Below, one piece after another: positions 35,923 to 46,441 of a DNA stretch of 46,441 bases. A program made the translations under genes and the position numbers. Under the pieces are notes generated by a model, which ran no database searches, was not told the DNA's origin, and saw nothing but the letters and a program-made list of their open reading frames with translations. Origin of the DNA: Chara braunii (taxonomy: Eukaryota > Plantae > Charophyceae); the NCBI GenBank assembly GCA_003427395.1, contig BFEA01000041.1, positions 1,490,879 through 1,537,319 of the forward strand. The letters run 5' to 3'. The stretch's first letter is position 1. Each line of letters opens with the position of its first letter.

Positions 35923-38606
35923 GAAAAAACATCGACAACGGGTGTAGAAGGTGCTGATATGAGCAGCCACCCATTCTACAGATCCTGCTATTAGATGGCT
36001 CTGTTGAGTCTGCTCCATTTGCGGGGAGTGGCACCTGCTGGAAACCAGGTAGGATGATGGTTGTTTAGTGTACAATGGACGATGAAGGCGTTGGGCACGA
36101 TTCAAGAAAAATGTGGTCGTTTATTCAGGTACACAGTGAGAGAAAGTTCTTCCTAGAGCGATTTTGTGAATGTTGCAGCTTGAGAATAACATTCAATAAC
36201 TAGTGTATTCATCAGAAACTTTTTTCATCTGCTAACTATAAAATCTAGACATTTATCTCTCTCTGAGTTGTACGTGATCTTGAGAATAACTCCTTTGGAC
36301 CATTTTTTGATTTAGGCGTGTCATCTTTTCTTTTTTTGGGTCTTTTTTTTAAAGGTTTTATTTTTTTAATCTTCTTTTCTTTTCATGTAAAAGCCCAGGT
36401 TGTTGTAGAGGCTAGCCACCAGGCATATATGACAGTCCCTTCAGCAGTTGGCCATTTGATCATCCAGATGATTTTCTATACAGCCCACCTATGAGACTCC
36501 CTCCCACCCTTACTCGTCATTACTGTCGTGGCGCTAGGCGTTGCGTAGGGGCCATGCTAAACTTCTCTGTATTGTTTCGATTTTACAGGTTCAAATTTCA
36601 AACAAAACGAGTACAATGGTCCTGGTGTTTCAGGAAACCAGAGGAGATCATTTTGGAGAACACCTTGGCGCAACACAGGCAGCTAATACATTTGGGGGAA
36701 GATGGTCGCATGAACTTGGCCTCTACGATTGCACCACGCTCACAGATAAGCACAATTACAGTCACCCGTGCAGTGGTTAAGGCGATTCCTAGATCAAATT
36801 TCTAAATATGGGCATGTGTCCTGCAGGCAGACCACATGCATGTGCAAACAGCATACAACCACGGAGCCTTATTCACACACACAGAATGCCACAGTTCCTT
36901 GATTCGGGCACTTACCTTGGCTTTCACAAACAAGAAGGTTAGGCGGGTGTAGGGCCGTTGTCTGCGAGCGCAGCTTCAAAGTTCAATTTCAGCTTCATGT
37001 TCACCAAATCCTGCCGATACAGTGCTCCTCCTCCCTCTTCTCTACAGCACCTGATCCTGGACAATCATTTCCATCGCTTGTAAGATTTTCCTGGTGGCAC
37101 AGCCACTTCTTCGGATTCCTATTCGACAACCTTTTCAGACCAGACCACACCATGCTTGCAAACGCCACCGAGGTCAGCAAGCACCATGTAACACTTGGCC
37201 ATGCATGCAATCCACCGCAATCACCCTCCCTTGTATCTTCTCCAGTTCCCTAGCGATATCTTCTTCACACGGGCTCAAGCCTCCAGGGTACGTACCGCTT
37301 CCCTCTCTGCAAGAGAGACCATGATAACTCGTCAGCATCATTCCAACCACCAAGAAGCAGTAATTCATACCTCATCTTCCTTCATAATTGGTTGCTTCTA
37401 AACTCAGTGAAGTGCACCTTCTGTCACTCATATGCAAGGCATGAGGCCCTCGGCCAAGGTCGGAAAGGGCCTGCGCCCGCTGGAAACTGTCTGCGCCCGC
37501 TGGAAACTGTCTGCGACCGCCGTAAGTGAAGGCGGGACTGAAAAATTCGATAGACCTATTTTGAGGGGATGCGAGCAGAAAGGGCCTTGTGGGTTGGTTG
37601 CTGCGCGCAGCATGTAAAGGGCCTCGTGGGTTGGTTGCTGCACGCAGCATGTCCAACCGGCCGGTAGGCCCGATCGGTTGAAGCTGCTGCGCCCAGCAAA
37701 GATGCTGAGGCCCACCGTACTTACAGTTGAGCCCCAGGCACATTCTGGAAGGGCCCTGGATGCGCTATTGGGACAGATGCTGAGCGTCCAGAGCCTGCCT
37801 CACCCAGACAACCAATGCACAAAAGGAAGTGAGGGCACTCATTTCTCAACATTCTGGCTGGCTGGATGGCGGCAGCACTGCTGGAGTACTGGCTTGCTGC
37901 ACGAAAGTCGGGCACAGTGCGGAAGGGTGCTGGCGTGGCCCGGGGAAGAAACTGTGTGGGTGCAGCCTGAGCGCAGCAGCCATAGCCGGGCTGCTGGTGC
38001 CATAGCCTGGGAGGTTGAGCGGAGGTCCTTGGGGGAGGGACAGTGTGGGGAAGATGAGGGATGAGTGATGCATGTTGAGTGGGCCGCTACAGGCGGAGTC
38101 TTCATTCGCCCTCGGGCTGCTGAACTTCATGATGAAGACCTGTTGTTGTCATTTTAGAGTCTAAGGTTGATAGGTGCTCTCTGATGGTAATCTGGGAGCG
38201 GAGCACCATTTGGGAGAGCGACACTGTGCACATTGATGTTGGCGGCGAGAAGAGGGCATTCATTGTCAATCGACTTCGGTGTTCTGCTCTTCCTTATTTG
38301 GTGTATTTCGTGGTGCAATCTGCTTTCAGTTTGTGCACATGGTTATCTGGATTTCTATGGAATGATGCAATTTGGCTCCCGTCATTCGCATTGCTCATTT
38401 TCCATGCACATAACTCATAACTCAATGCATGCTGACACAAGGACTACTCAATTGAGCTCCGGGCCTAATTGTGGTCATATCTGGTCCTAATTGCAGTCAG
38501 ATACGTCCAGGAAACCCGGAATGTGTCATGGGCGTCCGACTTTGAAGGAAAAGCAAAAGAAAGTCTGTCACTCCATTACACACTGTTGCCATGTGAAATG
38601 AACTTC

Positions 38607-38762
38607 GAGCTGGTGGAATTCAGCAATGCATGAGAGTCACAGTCTGATACAGGAGGTTGAGCTGGTGGAATTCAGCAATGCATGAGAGTCACAGTCTGAT
38701 ACAGAAGGTTGAGCTGGTGGAATTCAGCAATGCATGAGAGTCACAGTCTGATACAGGAGGTT
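38607..38762. repeat. Three near-identical 52-bp tandem repeats
   Basis: GAGCTGGTGGAATTCAGCAATGCATGAGAGTCACAGTCTGATACAG(G/A)AGGTT at 38607, 38659, 38711. Confidence 0.95.
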
Positions 38763-38865
38763 ATCTGACCACAACGCACCGGGTCTTGCACTGCCCCGTA
38801 AGGAGGATGCTATATTCACTAGCTCGGCCCCCACAGAAACACGACAGACGCAAACCGGACCCCTA

Positions 38866-39700
38866 ATGCCACTAGACGAATGCATGGCCAAGGTAGCTCG
38901 AGAGAAACAGGCAATGGCGAACAGAAAATAAAAGTTGCTGGAGTAGATGGAGAAGCTGGAGGGGGCAGAGACAAAGTTAGACCAGAAAACAAAAGTTCTC
39001 ACAAACCAAAAATTCGCATCTTCCAATGTAAAGACTCAGCTAACCGCTAAAGAAACTCCTGACCCAATGATAGTTGTCGTTGTAACAGTGGACACTGATA
39101 GCAGTCCAGAGGAGGCACTGGCCCTGATTGCAGATCTCAAGAAAGTGCAGGCGGCATATCAAGAAAAGGCGAATGGCACCCTCCAAGCAATAGGCCAAGG
39201 GCTAGAGAATGAGATAAACCAACCTGCCGGGAGCATGAAGAACTCCATCCTTCGAACTGTTGGGGAAGAACAGTATAAGTTTAGGAGTGGAGATGGAGAG
39301 GGTGACAGTTGAGGTGAAGGTAATTTCAACAGCAATGGAAATGGAGATAGAAAGCACCCGAGGGGAGAAGATGGGTAAAGACCCCAAGACTGGCCATGCT
39401 ACAGGGACCGCGTTCCAATGACGCTACCTGACTCCTACTTTGGCAAAGAGGAAGAGGATATCGTCAGATGGGTAGCAGAAATCAGAACCATTATGATTGT
39501 TCAGCGCGCACCTAACAGAGGATCACGTGGTGATAGCTACAATGAGTCCGAAGCGTGATGCGAAGGCCTGGGTGATGAGTCCGGTGCACGCTGTTGGATA
39601 CGAGTCCCGCACCGACAAGTATTATGAAACGCTGCCCTTGGGCGAGTTTCTTGAAGGACACTTGATTGATGTAGGGACAAGAGTAAGGGGATGAAAGCAG
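38866..39700 (+). pseudogene. Decayed Ty3/gypsy gag-like region
   Basis: Coiled-coil-like N-terminal frames with stops, then LPDSYFGKEEEDIVRWVAEI (~39425-39485) and, after a frameshift, EDHVVIATMSPKRDAKAW, resembling the P.F.G...W and A..W motifs of retrotransposon gag. Confidence 0.55.
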
Positions 39701-41200
39701 GAGAAAATCATGAGCATCCATCGTCCCCCCTTATGTAGAGTTGATGCACTCACTAGGACAATGAATTACTTTGACTGCAGTAACTAGGGCATGGAGTGAT
39801 CGATGACCAAGCCTTGTGACAGTTAGCCCAGGCCATGGTCCAGGCAATGAGGAACAACTTAGCTCCAAACCTCCAGGAGCAAGGGATGACCCACCAGCGC
39901 AGGTTGACCTTCCATCTATTGTAAGCTGGAGAAAGAAGGGATGTGGGAGGATAAGAAGATCATTAAGAACGTAGCAATGAAAGGCCACATATTTGTCATC
40001 TTAGACAGGTGGAGAGGTCGAGTCAGTGCCCTATGAAGAGAGAGAGAGAGAGATGGATTGCAATTGCGCGTATCTGGGAGGGAGCTACACAGCTCTTGCG
40101 GCCCAAAAGGGGGGGTCCCGGTTAACCACTTGTGCCCCAATGAGGTGGTGGAAGGAGATTCTCACCACAGAACAGGAGCGGCAGAAGTCGGCATCTACCA
40201 GCGAAGGTGTGGCTGGCAATTTCCCCACAGCAAGGAGGTGGAATTTCCACCTCGTGACCCAAGAAGGTATCCACCACAACCCAGGGATGGAGCAAGGAGA
40301 GCTCTGGAAGCACATGAACTTGTTAGAGTCGCAATGGCAATAGCGCAGGGACTTTCGCTAGCGCTTGAAGTTCGGCAAGAAGGGTCGCACCATTCCCTAC
40401 GGCCCCCAGTGGCAGCAGCAGCGGCAGATATAACAGCCGCCAAAAGAGAATAGCACATATCAGTTTCGACGGCTTCTACTGGGCCGCGAGTGCGAGTAGC
40501 AGTGTGCAGCCGGAGGAGGCACTCGCTGGCCTCTGACGCAGAGGTTGCCTCAACCACCTGCTCAGATAGTGGCTCAAAGATCACTTGTTCTAGAGTCTCC
40601 AGGACTGGTTCCCTTAAAGGTGTTGGCAAGAAACTAATCACTCTTCAGGCTGAGATGAAGAAGAAGACAGGAACATTAGTTATAGCCATATTTGCGGCTC
40701 ACGTGTGTGGTGCGGTGTGGTGGCCCACACAGTGTGCGGATCGCTGATGCCCTCGCACCGCGCGCGCAGGTGCAATGTGCAACGCTGCATGGAAATGCAC
40801 CTTGTATGCATACACAAGTTCAAGGTGTTTTTTTCCCTTTTTTTGCTATGTGAGTGTGTGCATGTGTGGGAGAGAGCCAGAGAGAGAACAAGAAAGGCAC
40901 TGCCAAAGAGACGAAGAACTCACGGATTTCAAAAACGAAAAAAAGAAGAAGAAAGAACAGTCGAAACCCTCATCATGACTCCTGAAAGGTCAGGCTCATA
41001 GGTTGAAGTGATTCCAAAAGATTCCAAAGAGAAGGATAACAGCTGCTTCAAGAGCTCTGCAATTCCTGAAGTGGCGGCCACGGGTCTCTCCCTTTGCGAA
41101 AGTATAGTCATGATCAGGGTGTGTCACATACCCCGATGGTGAAACAAAATTGAACGCCCAGCAATACCAACGTCAGTAGTACCGTGAGAAATTGCAGGTG

Positions 41201-41348
41201 TCCAGAGCACAAAGCACCCTCAGGGCACACTCACACTCGGACGTCTTGGAATCTTGTGGACGTGATTGCAGTCAGATGCATCCAGAGCACAAAGCACCCT
41301 CAGGGCACACTCACACTAGGACGTCTTGGACTCATCTGTGGACGTGAT
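41201..41348. repeat. Direct duplication, period 80 bp
   Basis: TCCAGAGCACAAAGCACCCTCAGGGCACACTCACACT at 41201 and 41281. Confidence 0.9.
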
Positions 41349-41758
41349 AACGGACCAGAAAGATAGCTTGCATACATACAGATACCGGAATAGAGAGGTA
41401 AAGGCGGCTCGATTTGTGAAAAATCTGCTATTATTAGCAAAAAACAAAAGACGACGCGCAAAGTAAAACGGGACTGTCAGATCTACTCAATGCAACAACA
41501 CACGCCACACTCATAAATGAATGTATCATGTGCGAAAGATCATTTGTATACAATCAAATTGAATCAATGTGATGCAGCACCCGTAGAACACACACACACA
41601 TATTTTTTGGAGACGCTGCTGAGTGCCAACCCAATTTCTTTCTCCTTCGTCAACTTGCATTTTATGCAGGGCAGGGTGGTGTGTGCTAACATCCCACCTC
41701 TCCCTCGTTTCTCCTTTGTCCCTATTTTTGGTTGTGTGCCGACATGCGCCGCATGCGT

Positions 41759-41879
41759 GCTGATGTGCGCACGAGATGTGCTGCAAGTATGGTTATAGCA
41801 GACGCTGAAATTAGTCAGTGCTGATGTGCGCACGAGATGTGCTGCAAGTATGGTTATAGCAGACGTTGAAATTAGTCAG
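41759..41879. repeat. Tandem duplication, period 61 bp
   Basis: GCTGATGTGCGCACGAGATGTGCTGCAAGTATGGTTATAGCAGACG twice. Confidence 0.9.
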
Positions 41880-43925
41880 GTGGGCTTCCGGTTGATATCA
41901 CGATGCTTGTGGGCTGGGCTTCATCCAGGTTGGTGTCTGTCTGAATTCCCACTGAGGGGTCGACTGGGGCGTGAGTCTGGGGAAGGGCTTCTAGGTAGGG
42001 TGTCATCTGAGGCAAGAGGGGGAGGGTTGTCGCATTGATGTAGAAGGGTGGCTTAGCCACCCATAGAATCTGCACGATGTGATACAGGGGGGGGGAAACC
42101 GTGTATATCCGCGACCCCTCCTGTATCCGGGTCGTCCCTCGAGATTCGGGGTGTCCCTATGGTAGCGCCCAGGGGGAAGTGTCTACGACCCCTCGGAAGG
42201 CGCGGGTTGGTGTAGGTCTAGGTCTAGATAGAGAGGTCTGGGTCGCACCGCTGTAGACCTCGACTTGAGATAAAGATTAGGATATAACAGGTCACGAATG
42301 ACAACCCTTGGGGTTGTCACAAGCCATCCGATCCCCTCACTGGTTGAGTACGGCGCCAGTCACCTCCCGAGGACTTTATCCACCCTCTACCACGACATGG
42401 ACCTGTTTTTTTAATTAAAAAGAATGAGTAGACCTAGAATAGGTGCATTGGTAGATAGTCGGTCAACAAGGAGTTTCATTTCTCGTAAAGCAATCAAGAA
42501 GTTCCACGTGGGAATTGAAGTGCGAATTCTGGAAGAGCTCACATCCTCAAGGATGGTGAAAGTAAGCCAATCAGCGTTAGTCAATACATAGAGGGCATCA
42601 AAGGATACATATTACTTACAGTTGAAGTGTACAGGGAAGACATAAAAGGTATTGCACTCTCAGAGCCTCTTGGTGAAAGAGTCTTTTATATGCTGCTGGG
42701 CACAGATTCAGAAAGGTATTGCACTGTCGAAGGATCTTAGTGAAAGAGAGTCTTTGATAGTCGGTCGACAAGGAGTTACATTTCACGTAGAGCAATCAAG
42801 AAGTTAGACGTGGGAATGGAAGTGCAAATTCTGGATGAGCTCATATCCTCAAGGATGGTGAAAGTAAGCCAATCAGCATTAGTCAATACATATAGCGCAT
42901 CAAAGGATACGTACAACTTACGGTTGAAGTGTAGAGGGAAGACAAAAAATGTATTGCACTCTCGGAGAGACTTTGATATGGTGGTGGGCACAAATTCGGA
43001 AAAATGACCAAAGCAGAGCTGAAGTTGGGAGAGCAAGAATGTTGGCTACCAAGCCGAGAGGGGAACAAGAGAAAAAACTCGCCTGATACACGAGTCAGGG
43101 CAGAGATCCTCACTTTCCGTGTGTTGCACGAGTGGCCCTACATTTTCAAGGCATATAGTGACGAAACAGATGCTAGATAAGCCAGTGTTTCGTCCATTAC
43201 ACCAGAGAGACGATTGAAGGACAAGGAAGATAACCCAATAGAGGAAGTCGACAAGCCACCATCCCTATTCAAACCATTGTTAAAAGAGCTCTCGCTGATT
43301 TAGAAAAGGAACCCAAACGAGAAGTAGAAAGGAAAGTCAAAGTATCATACAGAGATAGACCAAGGGAGCAAGATCCGAATGGTCCAAATGCACAGGATGG
43401 CTCCACGGGAATAATGAGGAGCTGCACAAACACATAGACGAGTCGGTGGACAAGGGGTGGATCAAGCCAAGTTCATCAGCATATGTTGCACCCGTTCGAT
43501 TTGTCCCAAAGAAGGAGAACCACGACTATGTGTCCATTATAAAGGGTTCAATGCCATTACATATTGAAGACGCGTTGGACCAAGTGCAAGGATGTAAGCA
43601 CGTCTCGAAGATAGGGTATCATCCAATAGAAGTATCTAAAGAAGATCGACTCAAAATTGTTTTCCAAACAAGTTACAAACATTATGAATTTGATGTGATA
43701 CCTCTTGGACTGCCGAATGCCCCTATGACTTTCTACGTCTGTATGAACGATATGCTTAGAGACTAGCTTGACATTTTTTTGTAGTCTACCTCGATGACAT
43801 CTCAATGTCTTGTAAGACGTTAGAAAAATGCCAAGAGCACCTGCGGAAGGTCTTGTTTGAAGCTTAGAGAGTAAGTTTACAGTGAACTCAAAAAACTGTG
43901 AATGGCAAATGCTGTATTTCGGCAA

Positions 43926-44095
43926 TATGGATGTTCCTGGTAATCACTAATTCCTATGGATGTTCCTGGTAATCACTAGTTCCTATGGATATTCCTGGTA
44001 ATCACTAATTCCTATAAGAAAAATGTGTAGTCCTGGTGATCACTAATTCCTATAGGAAAAATGTGTAGTCCTGGTAATCACTAATTCCTATAGAA
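43926..44095. repeat. Minisatellite (3 x 29 bp + 2 x 38 bp) within the RT remnant
   Basis: TCCTGGT(A/G)ATCACTA(A/G)TTCCTAT five times. Confidence 0.9.
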
Positions 44096-44413
44096 AAAAT
44101 TGTAGGGAACTTCACTACAATCGCAGTGCCACTACATAAAAAAAGAAACTTCGTCGCTACAGGACAAATAATGCACCTCATTGTTTCAAAAGTTGAAGCA
44201 AGCATTGATAGAGTACCCAGTCTTGAAAATTGCATACCCTTTCCTACTATTCGTCATGATAGGTACTCAGTATGGGATAGGGGTAGAACTACAACAGGAT
44301 GAAAAAAAAAATGTCGCCCTATAGAGTTAATATGATCCGAAAGCGAAGTAGCAGACTCGACCCACAAAAAGGAGCTATACACATTGTAAGGCGCATTGCA
44401 AACTTGGTGAAAT

Positions 44414-44751
44414 CGACGTAGCACCGTGTTCGCGTTCGGAGGCGAACGCGAACATGTTCGCCCGAACGCGAACAAGCGCCAAAAACCCTCCGAACGCGAA
44501 CATAAAAAATATTAAATAATAAAAAAAAAAGTTCTCGAAAAAATCTGAAAAAAATGTATGTTATGTAAAATAATAATATAAGCAACTTTTGCAGTGGAGT
44601 CGTGTTCAAATTCGTAGCCAATCACGAGTTAAAAATCAAAAACCAAACAATAAATTTCTTCTTTTTTTTTTTTACGAAAAAAAAATTATGTTCGCCCGAA
44701 CATATTCGCGCGAACGTGAAGGGGCGCAAACACGTTCGCCGTGCTACGCAG
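44414..44751 (-). mobile_element. hAT-like MITE family A inserted in the gypsy pol remnant
   Basis: TIRs CGACGTAGCAC / GTGCTACGCAG; perfect 8-bp TSD GGTGAAAT (44406-44413, 44752-44759). Confidence 0.9.
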
Positions 44752-46349
44752 GGTGAAATCATCTTCTCGATAGGCATATCAAGGTGTCCTCAAATCACGA
44801 GACCCTATGCTGGTTAAAGACGGAGTCTAGAATGTCGACAAGTTGGCCATATGGGCACAAAAGATTGATGAGTTCAACTTTGAGCTTAAACTAGTCAAGG
44901 GAAGCACAATGGGTCATAGATGCTTTGTCGAGAAGCCTGGACTGCTTTCGTGTAACCATTGACTTATCTAAGGGCAAGACAATAATTGTAGGGGAATATT
45001 AGGGATGTGTATGCAAAAGATAGCATCCTTAGGTTGAATATAAGAAAAGCCTCACGAATTGCGAAAGTATAGGATAGCCACTCGATTATTATTGCTCACA
45101 TTGACAGAGAAGATACACTTTGGATGCTGATTAGTGAAGAGATTTATGACATCATACTTGGTAACGGTCACACCGTTTAAGGACATTTTGGATGGAGGAA
45201 GATATACACTAATCTACTTCGCTCCTACACTTGCACAAGGATGAAGCCGAACTGCATCAGATACATCAAGGGGTGTAAGGTTTGTCAAAGGAATAACACA
45301 AGCGCCCCTAGGACTGGTGGAACCACTACCTATCCCTTCAGCACCTGGACAATTAGTTTCCATAGACTTCAATGATACCGAAGTCAAAAGCAGAAGAGGG
45401 AACGGTCAAGTTATGGTCATAGCAGATCACTTCAGAAAGAACATACAATTTGTTTGCTCGCCAGTGCAAGCAAAGTCAGACCTAGTTATTCATGAGTTCT
45501 TCTCACACTGGGTCAAAGAGAATGGGCATCCTTTGGCCATAGCGATAAATAGATTCCTATGTGAGCAGGGCAACAACCAATGAAAGTCGACAAATCGTTG
45601 TACATCATTGGGTAGGCATCATGACAAAGTGTTCTCATATCATATTGGTGTGCATCCCGCATGAAAGCCTTGTGTGATCAAGCATGAAGTTGTGATATTG
45701 TGAGAAACAAAGTGAAATCGCGGGATCGTTGCATAGCCTTGAAGTGGATAAAACAGAGAGTGTATGCGTGTCTAAAACTTTGAAACATGCACAAATGCAT
45801 TGTATAGCATTGAAGATTGCGGCTACATGCCCAGGGCTGACTATAGCATCCTCCTTATTGGCCAATGATGCTCGTTCATTTAGGATTAGAATAGTGTTAA
45901 ACCAGGCTGATGCAAATGAAGGTAGACTAGTCCAAAACATGTTTTCAGTGGGTTTGACCAAAAGGAATTGCGTCTTCTTATTTTCTCTATATATGGTTCA
46001 GAACTTAATATGACACGAAGAAAACTGGACTAGTTCAGTACATGTTTTCAACGTCTTCCACTTCAGAGACTTGCGTCTTCCACCTATGAGAGACTGCTTT
46101 CAATGCTACAAACGGTGCCCACTGCAGCTCCACCAATGCGGGTGAGAGAGGTGCGAGCATTAGCCAGGTCAGGGGAAGTGTGGCGGATCAGGAATGAGCA
46201 TGGTGGGGAAGAGTGGATAGAGAATGCAGCGAGAGACATGGTCAGACAAGAGGAGTGGGGAAGGAACGACGGGAAAGCGGGATTGCAAATGGGGTTGTGA
46301 GAGGAGCAAAGAGAGAATAGGAGTGCCCACATCCAATGAAATGCACGAT

Positions 46350-46352
<3 letters not shown>

Positions 46353-46441
<89 letters not shown>
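46353..46441. repeat. (AG)n microsatellite running to the window end
   Basis: Direct sequence. Confidence 0.95.

Larger units (their letters stand above)
42430..45590 (+). mobile_element. Decayed Ty3/gypsy pol (protease-RT-RNase H-integrase)
   Basis: Protease LVDSRSTRSFIS (42448); RT KGWIKPSSSAY...YEFDVIPLGLPNAP...VVYLDD (43787-43798); NFTTIAVPL; RNase H end DALSR (~44920); integrase zinc finger GHFGW...CKVCQR; integrase core PLPIPSAPGQLVSIDF. The domain order is diagnostic of gypsy; many stops and frameshifts. Confidence 0.9.

Noticed and set aside
6120-36220. Other CTGATGA/TCATCAG words (~6125, 11313, 28557, 29101, 36210) as hammerheads
   Set aside because: None is followed by a paired stem II and GAAA.
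38607-38762. CRISPR-like repeat
   Set aside because: Pure tandem repeat without spacers.
20596-44751. CG-dinucleotide TSD for MITE family A
   Set aside because: 8-bp TSDs are found further out; the CG is part of the TIR.

Overview
Eukaryotic, repeat-rich genomic window. The plant-type gene and the decayed LTR/MITE landscape suggest a streptophyte green alga such as Chara (inference). There is one intact protein-coding gene: an intronless minus-strand ORF (236-4654) encoding a plant hnRNP Q/R-type 3xRRM protein. It unusually also carries a C2H2 (H-x5-H) zinc finger, a dsRNA-binding domain and a long Gly/Met/Tyr low-complexity tail. The remaining ~41 kb is intergenic: an LTR with polypurine tract upstream of the gene, a decayed LSU (25S/28S) rRNA fragment with an internal duplication, three hAT-like MITE families (two with 8-bp TSDs), two tRNA-derived SINE copies, Ty3/gypsy gag and pol remnants, mini- and microsatellites, and one N gap. 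The most notable element is a ~590-bp insertion (20840-21430) in the (TA)n tract of a MITE. It has ~170-bp direct repeats, each with a type III hammerhead ribozyme fold on the minus strand, and predicted cleavage sites 422 nt apart. This is a candidate retrozyme or non-autonomous Penelope-like element that could produce a circular RNA.
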